From contig CAKPLN010000003.1 in NCBI GenBank assembly GCA_934167665.1, positions 65,137 through 129,136 on the forward strand: 64,000 bases of DNA. The letters are read 5' to 3'. Below the pieces are notes generated by a model. It ran no database searches, was not told the origin of the DNA, and saw only the letters and a program-made list of their open reading frames with translations. How positions within the stretch are numbered: position 1 is the first letter of the stretch; every line of letters begins with the position of its first letter. Below, in pieces: positions 37,799 to 48,376 of the stretch. Both the position numbers and the translations under genes were made by a program. The DNA comes from an uncultured Bacilli bacterium. GTDB taxonomy: Bacteria > Bacillota_I > Bacilli_A > RF39 > UBA660.

Positions 37799-40459
37799 AT
37801 GAATTATGGTAAAATTCAAAAAGATTTCAAAACAATGAGTGATGACACACAAAAATTGATTGATAAGTATAACAAAAGTGTACAAAGCATAAGAAGTCAA
37901 GAAATCGCCATAGAAAAAGTGAAACAAAAATTAGAATCAATTAAAACTGGCGACATTGTACCTCCAAGTTTAAGAGTAATGGAAGCACAACTAAGTCAAA
38001 TTGTCAAAAGAACAAAACAAGTAAAAAACAGAATTAGTGAATTGCAAAATCAGCCATCAACAACATTGGTTGAAGATAAAGAGTTAGCAAAATTAAGACA
38101 ATCTTTACCTATTTTAGCCCAAGCAAAGCAAAACATGTATGATGAAATAGATGCTGCAAGAAGTTCTTGTAATGAAGTTCAAAGCTTAAATGCTCAACTC
38201 GATTTAATGAATGATAAGTTACAAGATTCTAAAGAATCAGCTTCAGGATTAAAAGATGAAATAGAAGATTCGATGAATGATAACTCTAGCAATACGTTTG
38301 GTGAAAAACTTAGTGAACTGGGAGATAAAGTTGATAAGTTTAAAAGTAGAATATCTAGACTAATTGTAAGTGTCGCAGTATTTAATACAATGAGAAATGC
38401 ACTTAACTCACTGAAAAACAATTTTGTGAGTTTACTGAAAACAGATGATAATTTTAATGCAAGTTTAAATCAAATAAGAGCAAATTTGATGACCGCTTTT
38501 GCACCAATTTATAATGCCTGTTTGCCAGCGATAAATGCACTTATGAACTCGTTAAGTAAAATTACCGGAACAATAGCAGTATTTGTTGCAAACCTATTTG
38601 GAACTAGTTTACAAGATGCAACTAGTGATGCAAAAAAACTATCAAGTGCATTAAATCAAACATCAAAAAGTGCGAAAAAAGCGAGTGGAAATTTGGCATC
38701 TTGGGATACATTAGAAGTTATACAAGATAATTCTGGTGATGGAGCATCAGGAAGTGGCTCAAATGATATGATTGATTATTCTGGTGAGATAACTTATAGC
38801 CAAAAATTATTAGATTTTATGAACAAAATAAAAGACGTAGTTGTTGGTATATGGGAATGGGGAACAAAGAATAAAGAGCTCGTTATAAGTATAGCAGCAT
38901 TAATAGCTACAGCTTTCGTTGCAAGCAAAATAATAGGATTTATAAGTTCCTTTAGTCCATTAACAGACTTATTGGAAAAAATATCAGGATTGTTTGTAAA
39001 AGTAGGAGAAGATGGAAGTAAAAGTTTCAATAAAGTTGGAACAGGTACAACAGTAGCAATAGCAGGATTTGCATTGATGCTAAAAGAAATTGTTGATTTA
39101 GTTGATAAATGGGATGAGTTAGATACGAAACAAAAATTAATTAGAGTTGGTATGATTGCATTAGGAACAGCAGCGATAGCACTTGGTTATGCAATAGCTG
39201 CAGGAATCAGTGCCGCTACACTAGGAATCGGTGCAATAATTGCATTAATAGCAACCTTATTAACTGCATTGGCAACTATAACTTTATCTATTTTAGATGA
39301 GAAGGATGCCATTCTGTCTACCGGTGAAGCCCAAAAACAATTAAATCAAGCACAACAAGATTATATTAATGCAAATGAGAGTTATATGAATGCTGTGGAT
39401 AGTGCCAACGAGGCTTTGAAAAGACTAGAAGAAGCAGAAAGAAACACTGGCCTATCAGGAGAAGAATTATATCGTTCAGTTCAAAATGGTACTTTAGACT
39501 ATGCCAATATGACTGCTGAACAGAAAGAAGTTTATAAGGCATATCTAAATAATCAAACAGCACAAGAACAATTGACAGAGGCAACAAATACATTATCAGA
39601 TGCAAAAAAAGCAGAAATAGATGCTTCATTTAAAAATCAGTTAGCAATAGCAGCAGAAACAGGAAATTATGATGAGTATAAAAAATCAGTAATTGCAGCA
39701 TACGAAGATGGAACTTTATCTGCTGAAGAAGCTAGGGATAAAATTGAACAGGCTATGAGTAGAATGAGCGATGCAAATCAGAAAACCTTTATGGAAGATA
39801 TACCAGGTGATGTAAAAGAAGGTATGGACCCCGACAGGTACCAAACCACTTGGCAAAAATTTAAAAATTGGTGGGGAAGTGGAATTAGTAAATTAGGTGA
39901 GATGTTTAGCACCTTTTTCACTAAAACAATACCTGAAGGCTTAGCAAAACTAGGTAATGATATAAAAACATTTTTCACAAAAACAGTGCCTAACGTTATC
40001 TTGGGTGCCTTAGAAAGTTTAATGAACTCATTTATTGCTGGATTTGAAGGATTAATAAATAAGCCTATCAAAGCTATAAATAAAATAATTAAAACTGCAA
40101 ATAAGATTCCTGGAGTAAATATAGGAACATTTACAGAAGCAAATCTTGGAAGAGTAAAATTGCCAAGATTAGCAGAGGGAACTGTAATTCCTCCTAGACA
40201 AGAGTTTGCAGCCATACTTGGAGATCAGAAGCATGGAACTAACATTGAAGCACCACTTGAAACAATAAAACAAGCTAATAGAGAAGTAATGAAAGAATTC
40301 TTAGATTCTTTATTCAGTTTAAATTCTAATGAAAGAGAAATTATTTTTAAAAATTTAACATTTGTTCTTCAGTTTGGAAAGAAAAATTTTGACAAATTGG
40401 TTTTAGAGAGTTTAAGGCTTTCAGAAAAAGAGTTGGGAAAACAACTACTTGTAAGTTAG
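37799..40459 (+). CDS. tail tape measure protein
   Basis: 886 aa. Coiled-coil N-terminal half, central hydrophobic TM-like block, repetitive FSTFFTKT-type motifs. Confidence 0.8.
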   Translation: MNYGKIQKDFKTMSDDTQKLIDKYNKSVQSIRSQEIAIEKVKQKLESIKTGDIVPPSLRVMEAQLSQIVKRTKQVKNRISELQNQPSTTLVEDKELAKLRQSLPILAQAKQNMYDEIDAARSSCNEVQSLNAQLDLMNDKLQDSKESASGLKDEIEDSMNDNSSNTFGEKLSELGDKVDKFKSRISRLIVSVAVFNTMRNALNSLKNNFVSLLKTDDNFNASLNQIRANLMTAFAPIYNACLPAINALMNSLSKITGTIAVFVANLFGTSLQDATSDAKKLSSALNQTSKSAKKASGNLASWDTLEVIQDNSGDGASGSGSNDMIDYSGEITYSQKLLDFMNKIKDVVVGIWEWGTKNKELVISIAALIATAFVASKIIGFISSFSPLTDLLEKISGLFVKVGEDGSKSFNKVGTGTTVAIAGFALMLKEIVDLVDKWDELDTKQKLIRVGMIALGTAAIALGYAIAAGISAATLGIGAIIALIATLLTALATITLSILDEKDAILSTGEAQKQLNQAQQDYINANESYMNAVDSANEALKRLEEAERNTGLSGEELYRSVQNGTLDYANMTAEQKEVYKAYLNNQTAQEQLTEATNTLSDAKKAEIDASFKNQLAIAAETGNYDEYKKSVIAAYEDGTLSAEEARDKIEQAMSRMSDANQKTFMEDIPGDVKEGMDPDRYQTTWQKFKNWWGSGISKLGEMFSTFFTKTIPEGLAKLGNDIKTFFTKTVPNVILGALESLMNSFIAGFEGLINKPIKAINKIIKTANKIPGVNIGTFTEANLGRVKLPRLAEGTVIPPRQEFAAILGDQKHGTNIEAPLETIKQANREVMKEFLDSLFSLNSNEREIIFKNLTFVLQFGKKNFDKLVLESLRLSEKELGKQLLVS

Positions 40460-40470
40460 GAGGTAATTAA

Positions 40471-40887
40471 ATGGACAAAATAAAATTTTCAGATCCTAAT
40501 AATGTTATAGCATCATTCGAATTCCCATGGGAGTGGATAGCAGAAGGTACTTATGGACCTGAGTTAAATGATTTAGAGTCAAAAGCAGATCGTGGAATAA
40601 ATACAGGTTATTTGTCCAGAATTAGAACTGCTGAAATACCAGCCGCTGTTTTGCCGATTGACAAAGAATTAACTCAAGGTGAATTATGGCCAGTTTTCCA
40701 ATTGCTAAAACTAGAAAAAATAAATGTTTATTATTTTGAAAAATATTTAAACAAATATGTTACTAGAGAATTTTATCCTAAAAAAGCAAATCCTCGTTAC
40801 AAAAGAGTTCCTGAAGATAATGACACAAATAAAATTTTATACGACAAATTTGATATTCAGTTTACAGGATATGGAGATGTTAATTGA
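40471..40887 (+). CDS. distal tail protein (Dit-like, short)
   Basis: Position after the tape measure gene. Confidence 0.4.
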   Translation: MDKIKFSDPNNVIASFEFPWEWIAEGTYGPELNDLESKADRGINTGYLSRIRTAEIPAAVLPIDKELTQGELWPVFQLLKLEKINVYYFEKYLNKYVTREFYPKKANPRYKRVPEDNDTNKILYDKFDIQFTGYGDVN

Positions 40888-43304
40888 TGATAGAAAACAT
40901 TGAAAATAGAGATATAAAATCGTTTGATTATGAGGAATATGGAATATCTGATGGAGAAATAACTGGAATTTGTGAGTTGGGAAAATGTTTTATAGAATTA
41001 TTTAATAAAAATAATAAATATAGTCATATAAAAGAAACATGGATAAAAACTAAATTTGGAGAAATGTATATATATGATAGTGAGCCAAATCAAGCGGATG
41101 AAACAATTAAATTATCTTGCTATGATGCAAGATATAAATTAGATAAAGAGTACGACAAAAGTTTGTACTCTTTTCCTATGAAGTTAAGAGCATATAGAAA
41201 TGCAGTATTTAATGATAGTGGTTTAGATTATTCTGATGAGGATGAATTTCCAAATGAAGATTTAATAATTCCTAGTGCACCATATATTGGTGAAAATCCA
41301 AAAAATAGAGATGCGATAAAAGTAATTTTACAGGCTGGTTTAAGTATTTTGTTAAAAAGTTATGAGGACGTTTTTAGTTTTGGTTGGTTTAATGATGACG
41401 ATGAATATGAACTTAAAGATTGTGTAGACTTAACAACTGATTCAAAAGAGACAAAGGCGATTAATCTAATGATTTTGGGAAGAGGTACTGTTGAAGATAA
41501 TGTGTATTGGCCTGCCAACAAGCCGACAGAAGAACACCAATTCCGCATAGATAATAATTATATATTGGATGACCAAAGCACCAATGATATAAGATATAAC
41601 ACGATACAGCCTTTATACGAAAGAATCAATGGCTTTAAATATGTTGTTTACGATTTGAGAACAACGTTTGTTGAAAATAAATTGAGCATAAAGTTAGGCT
41701 CTAAGATAAAATTTTACAACAGGAATAAAGAAACAGTAAAAAGTTATGTTATGAATAAAAAAATAACATATATTGGTGGAGATATTAACTTAGATAAGAA
41801 TTACGAAATTTCACTTAGTGCATCTGCTATATCAGAAACAAGTACAGAAGTTAAGTATGGAACAAGTCTAAAAAACGACCTCTTACGTGTAGAAAGAAAA
41901 GCAGATAAAAATGCAGGAGAAATTTCCGATCTGATACAAAAGAATTCTGAAAATAGTGAAAATATCACAAAAACCGAACAAACAGTATCAGGAATTAAGA
42001 ATACAGTTGAGTCCATGGAAAAAAGTGTAGGAAGTTTAGAAGAAATAATAGAAGAATTTAGTGTTGATTTAGAAACAAATATATTAACTATTGCAACTGG
42101 GAATGATAAAAAACCACTCGATTCCAAATCATATTCAGTTAAATATTATTCCTATTTTAAAGGAAAGCAAGTAACATCTTCTGTTGAAAATAATAATTCC
42201 AATGATGGAATAATAGTAACCACAAGTGAAACGTCATTAACTTTTTCAGTTGATTCAACAAAAAAAATAACAAATTCTAATAATGTATTTGAACTTGAAT
42301 TTAGTTATATGAACAATGGTAAAAAATATAGCACAACGAAAAAGATAACTATTTCTTTAGCCCTAAGCGGAGAAAATGGAACTGCTGGAGACTCGGCATA
42401 TGATATTTGGAAAAAAGAAGGCAATACTGGCACAGAAGCAGAGTTTATTGAGAGTTTGAAAGGCGAGGATGGTAATTCGACATATGTGTATGTTAAATAT
42501 AGTCCTAATGCTGATGGCTCTAACATGACAGACTCACCAACTGATGAAACAGAATATACTGGTATTTCTACTACAGCATCAGCGACTGCACCAACGAGTC
42601 CAAGTGCCTACACTTGGCAGAAAACAGTCGGCAAAGATGGAGTAGGCATTGATGGAACCTCTTCATATTTACATATTAAATGGTCAGAAGATGGTACTAC
42701 CTTCAGTGGCGAGAATGGAAAAACACCAGCAAGGTGGCAAGGTACTTACGTTAGTACTTCGCAAACTGATAGTTCGGAGTTTGATGATTATAACTGGGTA
42801 GATACTGCGATTCACGTTGATAAAGAACTAGCAAAAATTAAGGATGATGTATTATCCACAGAAAACAAAATAACATTAGTTGAAAACGACTTAAAACAAA
42901 ATTATCTAACCGGAGAAGAAGTAAAAAACATCACGAATGATAATAGTAATAGCATAGAGATTCTAAAAAGACAATTTGCCTCTTTGGAAACAACAGCAAA
43001 CGAGGTTTCTATCAGAGTTGGAAGTATTTTGAGTGATGGAGTGACTAAAGTAAAAACTGCCACAGGATTTACATTTGATGAAAATGGTTTAGACATTTCC
43101 AAAGATGGAGAAGAAATGCATAATTTTATTGACAACAAAGGTGTATATGTTAAACGTGATGATGTTGAAGTTTTAGGAGCTGATTCTGATGGAGTTCGTG
43201 GAGAAAATGTCTGGGCGAAAAAGTATTTAAAAATTGGAAATAATTCAAGATTTGAAGATTATAACACCAACCGCACTGGTGTTTTTTATGTTGGGAGTGA
43301 TTAG
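40884..43304 (+). CDS. tail-associated (Tal)/endopeptidase-tail family protein
   Basis: 806 aa, position. Confidence 0.55.
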   Translation: MMIENIENRDIKSFDYEEYGISDGEITGICELGKCFIELFNKNNKYSHIKETWIKTKFGEMYIYDSEPNQADETIKLSCYDARYKLDKEYDKSLYSFPMKLRAYRNAVFNDSGLDYSDEDEFPNEDLIIPSAPYIGENPKNRDAIKVILQAGLSILLKSYEDVFSFGWFNDDDEYELKDCVDLTTDSKETKAINLMILGRGTVEDNVYWPANKPTEEHQFRIDNNYILDDQSTNDIRYNTIQPLYERINGFKYVVYDLRTTFVENKLSIKLGSKIKFYNRNKETVKSYVMNKKITYIGGDINLDKNYEISLSASAISETSTEVKYGTSLKNDLLRVERKADKNAGEISDLIQKNSENSENITKTEQTVSGIKNTVESMEKSVGSLEEIIEEFSVDLETNILTIATGNDKKPLDSKSYSVKYYSYFKGKQVTSSVENNNSNDGIIVTTSETSLTFSVDSTKKITNSNNVFELEFSYMNNGKKYSTTKKITISLALSGENGTAGDSAYDIWKKEGNTGTEAEFIESLKGEDGNSTYVYVKYSPNADGSNMTDSPTDETEYTGISTTASATAPTSPSAYTWQKTVGKDGVGIDGTSSYLHIKWSEDGTTFSGENGKTPARWQGTYVSTSQTDSSEFDDYNWVDTAIHVDKELAKIKDDVLSTENKITLVENDLKQNYLTGEEVKNITNDNSNSIEILKRQFASLETTANEVSIRVGSILSDGVTKVKTATGFTFDENGLDISKDGEEMHNFIDNKGVYVKRDDVEVLGADSDGVRGENVWAKKYLKIGNNSRFEDYNTNRTGVFYVGSD

Positions 43305-44726
43305 ATGGCAAGTTTTTATTCTGAAACCGATTCTAAAGGCTACACATTAAGGTTAGATGTTAGCCAATCAAGCCAAGACGTAAATAAAAATGAAACAGTT
43401 GTTAATTGGGCTCTCTATATTGCTTGTAAAGGTAATTGTTTTGTAACAAACAATAACTATATAACAGTAAACATAAATGGTGTTGCTGTAAGGAATAATG
43501 TTGCTAAGTCATTAAGCACAGATTTTAATAGCACAGTTTACATTGATGGTGGCTCACTTACTATTCCACATAATGCTGATGGTTCAAAGACATTATCTGT
43601 TAGTGCTTCATTAACACCATCATCATCAGCAAGTTATATGCCAACTTATAAATGGTTGAGTGGTTCTATGACGTTGACAACTATTCCAAGAGCTTCAACA
43701 GTTACTGCCACAGACAGTTATGTTGAATCAGCAACCAGTATAAATATTGCACGTGCTTCATCTTCGTTCACTCACAATCTATCATATTCATTTGAAGAAT
43801 TAACTGGTAGTATTGCTACTGATGTTGCAACATCGTATGGTTGGACTATTCCAACCTCTTTTTATGAAAAATTGACAGATAAATTAAGTGCTATATGTAC
43901 TATTACTTGCGATACTTATAGCGGTACTACATTAATTGGCAGTACAACAACAACATTTAAAATTTCTGTTGATGTCGAAACAAATGCACCTTCAATCAGT
44001 GCGACTATAGTTGATACCAATTCAAGTTCAATAGCACTGACTGGCTCAAATTCTAAACTAGTAAAATATGTTTCAAATGCAAATGTTGAAATAACTTCAA
44101 CTGCAAAAAATGGAGCAACTATTGTTAGTAAGAAAGTGGTGTGTGGTGATGGTAAGTTTCTCAATGGTGATGGCACTTTAGAAAAAGTTGAGAGTGGCGA
44201 ATTTATAGTTAGTGCTACTGATAGTCGTGGAATTACAAGTTCAATAAAATATACATTAGATATAGTTAATTATGTTAAGTTGACTATTAATGCAGACTTT
44301 TATAGACCAGCACCGACAACTGGAGAGGTAGCAGTTATTTTTGTTGGTAATTATTTTGACGATAGTTTTGGTGAAGTAAGTAATACACTAAATGTCAAAT
44401 ACAGATACAGAAAAAAGGATGATTCGGCTATCTGGAGCGATTATACATCGTTAGCGGTAGTAAAATCATCAAACACGTATTCAAATGGAAATAATCCTAT
44501 CTCGTTAGGAACTAACTTTGATTATAAAGAAATATATGAATTTGAAATTATTGCAACAGACAAAATTGGCGAAGTGAAAAAAGAAAAGCCATACGTTGTT
44601 GCGGCAGGAGAAACTGTTTACGACTGGGGAAAAGATGATTTTAAACATAACACTGTCGTATATCTTAAAAGCGGCAATGAAATTCTTGATTATGATGTTG
44701 TTGCTGAATGGGAAGAGGAGGCATAA
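43305..44726 (+). CDS. tail fibre / receptor-binding protein (Ser/Thr-rich, beta-rich)
   Basis: 473 aa, S/T-rich repeats. Confidence 0.5.
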   Translation: MASFYSETDSKGYTLRLDVSQSSQDVNKNETVVNWALYIACKGNCFVTNNNYITVNINGVAVRNNVAKSLSTDFNSTVYIDGGSLTIPHNADGSKTLSVSASLTPSSSASYMPTYKWLSGSMTLTTIPRASTVTATDSYVESATSINIARASSSFTHNLSYSFEELTGSIATDVATSYGWTIPTSFYEKLTDKLSAICTITCDTYSGTTLIGSTTTTFKISVDVETNAPSISATIVDTNSSSIALTGSNSKLVKYVSNANVEITSTAKNGATIVSKKVVCGDGKFLNGDGTLEKVESGEFIVSATDSRGITSSIKYTLDIVNYVKLTINADFYRPAPTTGEVAVIFVGNYFDDSFGEVSNTLNVKYRYRKKDDSAIWSDYTSLAVVKSSNTYSNGNNPISLGTNFDYKEIYEFEIIATDKIGEVKKEKPYVVAAGETVYDWGKDDFKHNTVVYLKSGNEILDYDVVAEWEEEA

Positions 44727-44772
44727 TATGAAAAGAAATATATTGACAAGTATTTTTAATACTTGTACCCTT

Positions 44773-44836
44773 ATACATACATACATACATACATACATAC
44801 ATACATACATACATACATACATACATACATACATAC
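44773..44836. repeat. perfect tetranucleotide microsatellite (ATAC)16
   Basis: 16 uninterrupted ATAC units, 64 bp, in the 225-bp intergenic region between the fibre gene and the collar genes. Confidence 0.95.
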
Positions 44837-44950
44837 GTATGCTATGTTATACAAGAAAGGAGGTATGCTTATTATTTAAGCTACTTCCTTTTATTATCTT
44901 CTGCAAAGGAGGTAATGATTTAGAGTTATCAGTTATTAAGGTGAATCTTT

Positions 44951-45382
44951 ATGGGTAAGGCAGTAAAGATGAAGGATAAGAATGGTAATAGTATTTATCC
45001 TTGCCCTTATTATCCAATAGGTAGCCTGTATTTATCAGTTATTAATGTAAATCCAGCCAATTTCTTTGGCGGAACATGGGAACAGATTAAAGATCTGTTC
45101 TTATTAGCATGTGGTGATATATATTCAGCTGGCTCGACTGGCGGAGAAGCGACACATAAATTGACTGTAAATGAAATGCCATCTCATAAGCATGGAATTG
45201 CTGGATTTCCGGATGGCACTTCACAAGGATGGGCAGATCCAAACGTAAGAATTGTATATCATACTACAAATGATAATCCTTATCCGCATATTGATGCTTT
45301 AATTAATTCGGCTGGTGGTGATCAAGCACACAATAATATGCCACCATACTTAGCCATATATGTTTGGAAAAGAATAAAATAA
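44951..45382 (+). CDS. phage tail-collar domain protein (paralog 1)
   Basis: Collar-domain pattern YPIGSLYLSV...GG.W followed by GEATHKLTVNEMPSHKHG. AAGGTGA RBS. Confidence 0.6.
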   Translation: MGKAVKMKDKNGNSIYPCPYYPIGSLYLSVINVNPANFFGGTWEQIKDLFLLACGDIYSAGSTGGEATHKLTVNEMPSHKHGIAGFPDGTSQGWADPNVRIVYHTTNDNPYPHIDALINSAGGDQAHNNMPPYLAIYVWKRIK

Positions 45383-45402
45383 TAACTCTAAATTAAGAAA
45401 AT

Positions 45403-45834
45403 ATGAGCAAAAGTATTCAGTTAATAAATAATAATAATGAAAAAATATTTCCAAATCCACACTTTCCAGTAGGAAGCATTTACTTATCTGTATTAAATAC
45501 AAATCCGAAGGTTTGGTTTGGTGGAAAGTGGGAATTAATTGCAAAAGGAAGAACTCTAGTAGGTGTTGACACAGATGATGTAGACTTCAATGAAGCAAAA
45601 AAAATCGGTGGAGAGAAAAAACATAAACTAACAAAAGAAGAATTACCACCGATAGATATTAATACATCTTTTGCTACACCATCAACAAGTGGTGGTTATG
45701 GTAATGGTTTGCAATATGGAGATAGTAGTGGTAATTCACAAAATATCTTGGTAAAAAATGTAAATGCTGGAAACAAGGAACACAATAATTTACAACCATA
45801 TTTCACTTGTTTTATTTGGTGTCGCACTGCTTAA
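45403..45834 (+). CDS. phage tail-collar domain protein (paralog 2)
   Basis: FPVGSIYLSV...GGKW...KHKLTKEELPP. Confidence 0.6.
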   Translation: MSKSIQLINNNNEKIFPNPHFPVGSIYLSVLNTNPKVWFGGKWELIAKGRTLVGVDTDDVDFNEAKKIGGEKKHKLTKEELPPIDINTSFATPSTSGGYGNGLQYGDSSGNSQNILVKNVNAGNKEHNNLQPYFTCFIWCRTA

Positions 45835-45852
45835 GTAATAAGCCATAGAAGT

Positions 45853-46377
45853 ATGGCAAAATCATTCAAATTTAAAAACAATAATTATGTTGATAGTACA
45901 GGAATAGTTCATAATAAAACATTACTCAGTACACTACTAGATAAGTTGCTTAATGTTGTTCCAACAAAATATTTGTTAGCAACAATAAGTGATAGCTCAC
46001 ATGTAAGTAATGTAGATTGGACAAAAATGTTACTTATAAAATCAGAAGGTAATGTAAAAAATACTGAACTAACTATTGAAAACAATGTTATAAAAGTGGG
46101 AAAAAATATAAATCGTTTAAAGATTAGTGCATCTGTATTTTGTGAGGGTATAGATAATGGTGCATACATTTGGGGTGCAATTTGTGTAAACGATTCAAGA
46201 ACTTGCATGACTATTACTAGTGGAACATATTACCAATCAGCAATATTCCCTCCAAAAATCATAAATGTTCAAGAAAATGATTTAATTTCACTTCAGTTAA
46301 ATACATCGAGTTCAAATAATGTTAGTGAACGTCTTGGAGTAACAAACACATGGTTATTAGTTGAAATAATAGAATAA
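45853..46377 (+). CDS. hypothetical tail-associated protein
   Basis: ORF. Confidence 0.3.
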   Translation: MAKSFKFKNNNYVDSTGIVHNKTLLSTLLDKLLNVVPTKYLLATISDSSHVSNVDWTKMLLIKSEGNVKNTELTIENNVIKVGKNINRLKISASVFCEGIDNGAYIWGAICVNDSRTCMTITSGTYYQSAIFPPKIINVQENDLISLQLNTSSSNNVSERLGVTNTWLLVEIIE

Positions 46378-46390
46378 GAAAGGACAGAAA

Positions 46391-46723
46391 ATGAAAGATT
46401 TTTTAAAAAAAGTATTGCTTAAAGTTCCGATTTTGATTCGGGATTTTTTATTGAAAGATATTAAAGATGAAATTAAAACTGATATTAAAGATTTAAAAAA
46501 AGAAATAAAAGATATTAAGATGGATAATAAAGCTATCCATAGCGAACTTTTAAAGAACAGTCTGGACACGATGAAAATTGCTATTTGTAGTGAAGAGCTG
46601 CCATTAAGCGAAAGAGTTTCTATTGGAAAAGATTACATTGATAAAGGTGGCAATGGGGCAATAAAAATAAAGGTTCATGTACTTGAAGATGAGTATGAGA
46701 AGGAGTTGAAGAATAATGCTTAA
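46391..46723 (+). CDS. hypothetical lysis-module protein (K/D-rich repeats)
   Basis: ORF with IKDxIK repeats. Confidence 0.3.
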   Translation: MKDFLKKVLLKVPILIRDFLLKDIKDEIKTDIKDLKKEIKDIKMDNKAIHSELLKNSLDTMKIAICSEELPLSERVSIGKDYIDKGGNGAIKIKVHVLEDEYEKELKNNA

Positions 46724-47099
46724 CTTATTTATAGGATTAGTGGCCACTATGTTGGCCAATGTTTTGCTTGGCATGACACTTGCTAAATTAAAGCAGAGTT
46801 TTAACAAGAAAAAATTATTAGAAGGTTTAGTCAAGATTGTGAGTATATTGGCTGGTGTAGGACTTATGTACTTAACATCATACTTAAATCCAGACATTTT
46901 AGTAGCCAACATCAATGGTACCAATGTAAACTTGATTAATGCTATCAAATTGTTGTTCATGGCTGGGATTATTATGTATGGTAGTCAAGATTTGATAAAA
47001 TTAAAAGACATTTTAAAGTTGAAAACTGAAATAAACGACTTGCAAGAAGAGTCAACAATTAAAATACCGACAGAAAACATTATTGAAAGAGGTGATTAA
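46716..47099 (+). CDS. holin
   Basis: 127 aa, 2-3 TM helices, charged C-terminus. Immediately upstream of the endolysin. Confidence 0.55.
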   Translation: MLNLFIGLVATMLANVLLGMTLAKLKQSFNKKKLLEGLVKIVSILAGVGLMYLTSYLNPDILVANINGTNVNLINAIKLLFMAGIIMYGSQDLIKLKDILKLKTEINDLQEESTIKIPTENIIERGD

Positions 47100-47101
47100 T
47101 A

Positions 47102-48103
47102 ATGGAAAAAGCAATGTATCCGATTAAGACAATTAGAATTACACAGAGAGATCATCAAGGAACACATGCTGATTCGTGGGCAACAGATGAAGCTGGTCCT
47201 GATGGTAATATAAGTTCATTGTTTGCACCATTTACTGGAACAATAAAGAAAATCTATTCTGCTGATGCTAATGAAGTGTGGCTAGAAAGTACAGAACCAG
47301 TTGAATATCCTGATGGCACAAAAGATTACATGACCATTATGTTTGCACATTGTAACGATGTTAGTCACTTATGGGTTGGCAAAGTTATTAAGCAAGGAGA
47401 ATCATTTTATAGTGAGGGTACCAAAGGTCAAGCTACAGGTAATCATTGCCATTTTGAATGCGCTAAAGGTAAATTCACAGGAACTGGATGGCATAAAGAC
47501 AATGCTGGGTACTGGTCTATTAATAATGGCAAATTGGTTACAGACTGTTTATTTGTAGATGATAGTTATAATATTATCCAAACACTTGGACTAAATTTTA
47601 AGAATGTTAAAGACGTTGAAGTTAAAAAGTATGGAACTCCAGTTGAAAGAGATGAATACGTTAATCAAATTAAAATAAATGCTAATAATGTTCGTGCTAG
47701 AACTAGCCCTCATGGAGATATTATAGGGTATATGAATCCAGGGCTTTATAATTCTTTGGAGTTTACAACAGTAGAAGGTTATGACTGGCATAAAGTTGAA
47801 GAAGGGTTATATTGTGCAATGGGGGAATGGGCTGAATGGTTTCCTAAAAAGGAAAAAACAGTTGAACCACCAAAACAGGATGAAACAGCTACAAAGATTG
47901 ATGAACTAAATAAAACTATTGACGACTTAAACAATCAGTTGGATAGCCTAAAAGAAGAGTTAAATAAGGCAAATGATGAGATAAGTGAATACAAGAATAA
48001 ACTAGATGCGATTCCTAATGTTAAATTAATTTTTGAGAGTCCTAAACTTGATTTTTATGCAATAAAATTACTAGAAAAAGATAAATTGTACCTTGGAAAA
48101 TAA
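47102..48103 (+). CDS. endolysin: M23-like peptidase domain plus SH3b cell-wall-binding domain plus coiled-coil tail
   Basis: HxxxD...HCHFE metal-binding motifs, SH3-like segment (YGTPVERDEYVNQIKINANNVRARTSP). Confidence 0.65.
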   Translation: MEKAMYPIKTIRITQRDHQGTHADSWATDEAGPDGNISSLFAPFTGTIKKIYSADANEVWLESTEPVEYPDGTKDYMTIMFAHCNDVSHLWVGKVIKQGESFYSEGTKGQATGNHCHFECAKGKFTGTGWHKDNAGYWSINNGKLVTDCLFVDDSYNIIQTLGLNFKNVKDVEVKKYGTPVERDEYVNQIKINANNVRARTSPHGDIIGYMNPGLYNSLEFTTVEGYDWHKVEEGLYCAMGEWAEWFPKKEKTVEPPKQDETATKIDELNKTIDDLNNQLDSLKEELNKANDEISEYKNKLDAIPNVKLIFESPKLDFYAIKLLEKDKLYLGK

Positions 48104-48122
48104 AAAAATCGAAATTAAAATA

Positions 48123-48168
48123 GTGCTGAAACTACTAAATTAGTGGTTTGCAGCACTATTTTTTTTGT
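48123..48168 (+). terminator. rho-independent terminator of the late operon
   Basis: ATAGTGCTG...CAGCACTAT 9-bp stem followed by a T8 run. Confidence 0.6.
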
Positions 48169-48199
48169 GCAATAATATCGCTGAAAGCGAGGTGATATT

Positions 48200-48376
48200 G
48201 TGCAAAGAACCTATATTTTAAGTAAAGAAGAGGTAGAAAAAATTAATGAATTATATAATACTAACTTATATTCTATTATGATCCAACAAGTTGGCAATAA
48301 GTATTATGCCATTTTGGATTGTGACATTAAAAGAAAAATATATAAAAAAGAGGCTATGAAATATTTTGAATCATAG
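48200..48376 (+). CDS. small hypothetical protein (58 aa, GTG start; below track cutoff)
   Basis: GAGGTGA RBS 7 nt upstream of the GTG. Confidence 0.3.
   Translation: MQRTYILSKEEVEKINELYNTNLYSIMIQQVGNKYYAILDCDIKRKIYKKEAMKYFES

Noticed and set aside
37799-40459. Antisense ORFs inside the tape-measure gene (38194..38421, 38794..39030, 39366..39629, 39778..40215)
   Set aside because: All fall within the 886-aa tape measure CDS on the opposite strand; typical shadow ORFs.
44505-44958. Track ORFs 44596..44958 (+, HTYIHTYI...) and 44505..44834 (-, MYVCMYVC...)
   Set aside because: Their repetitive peptides are purely translations of the (ATAC)16 microsatellite; they start inside the fibre gene and lack an RBS. 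They are artefacts of the repeat.
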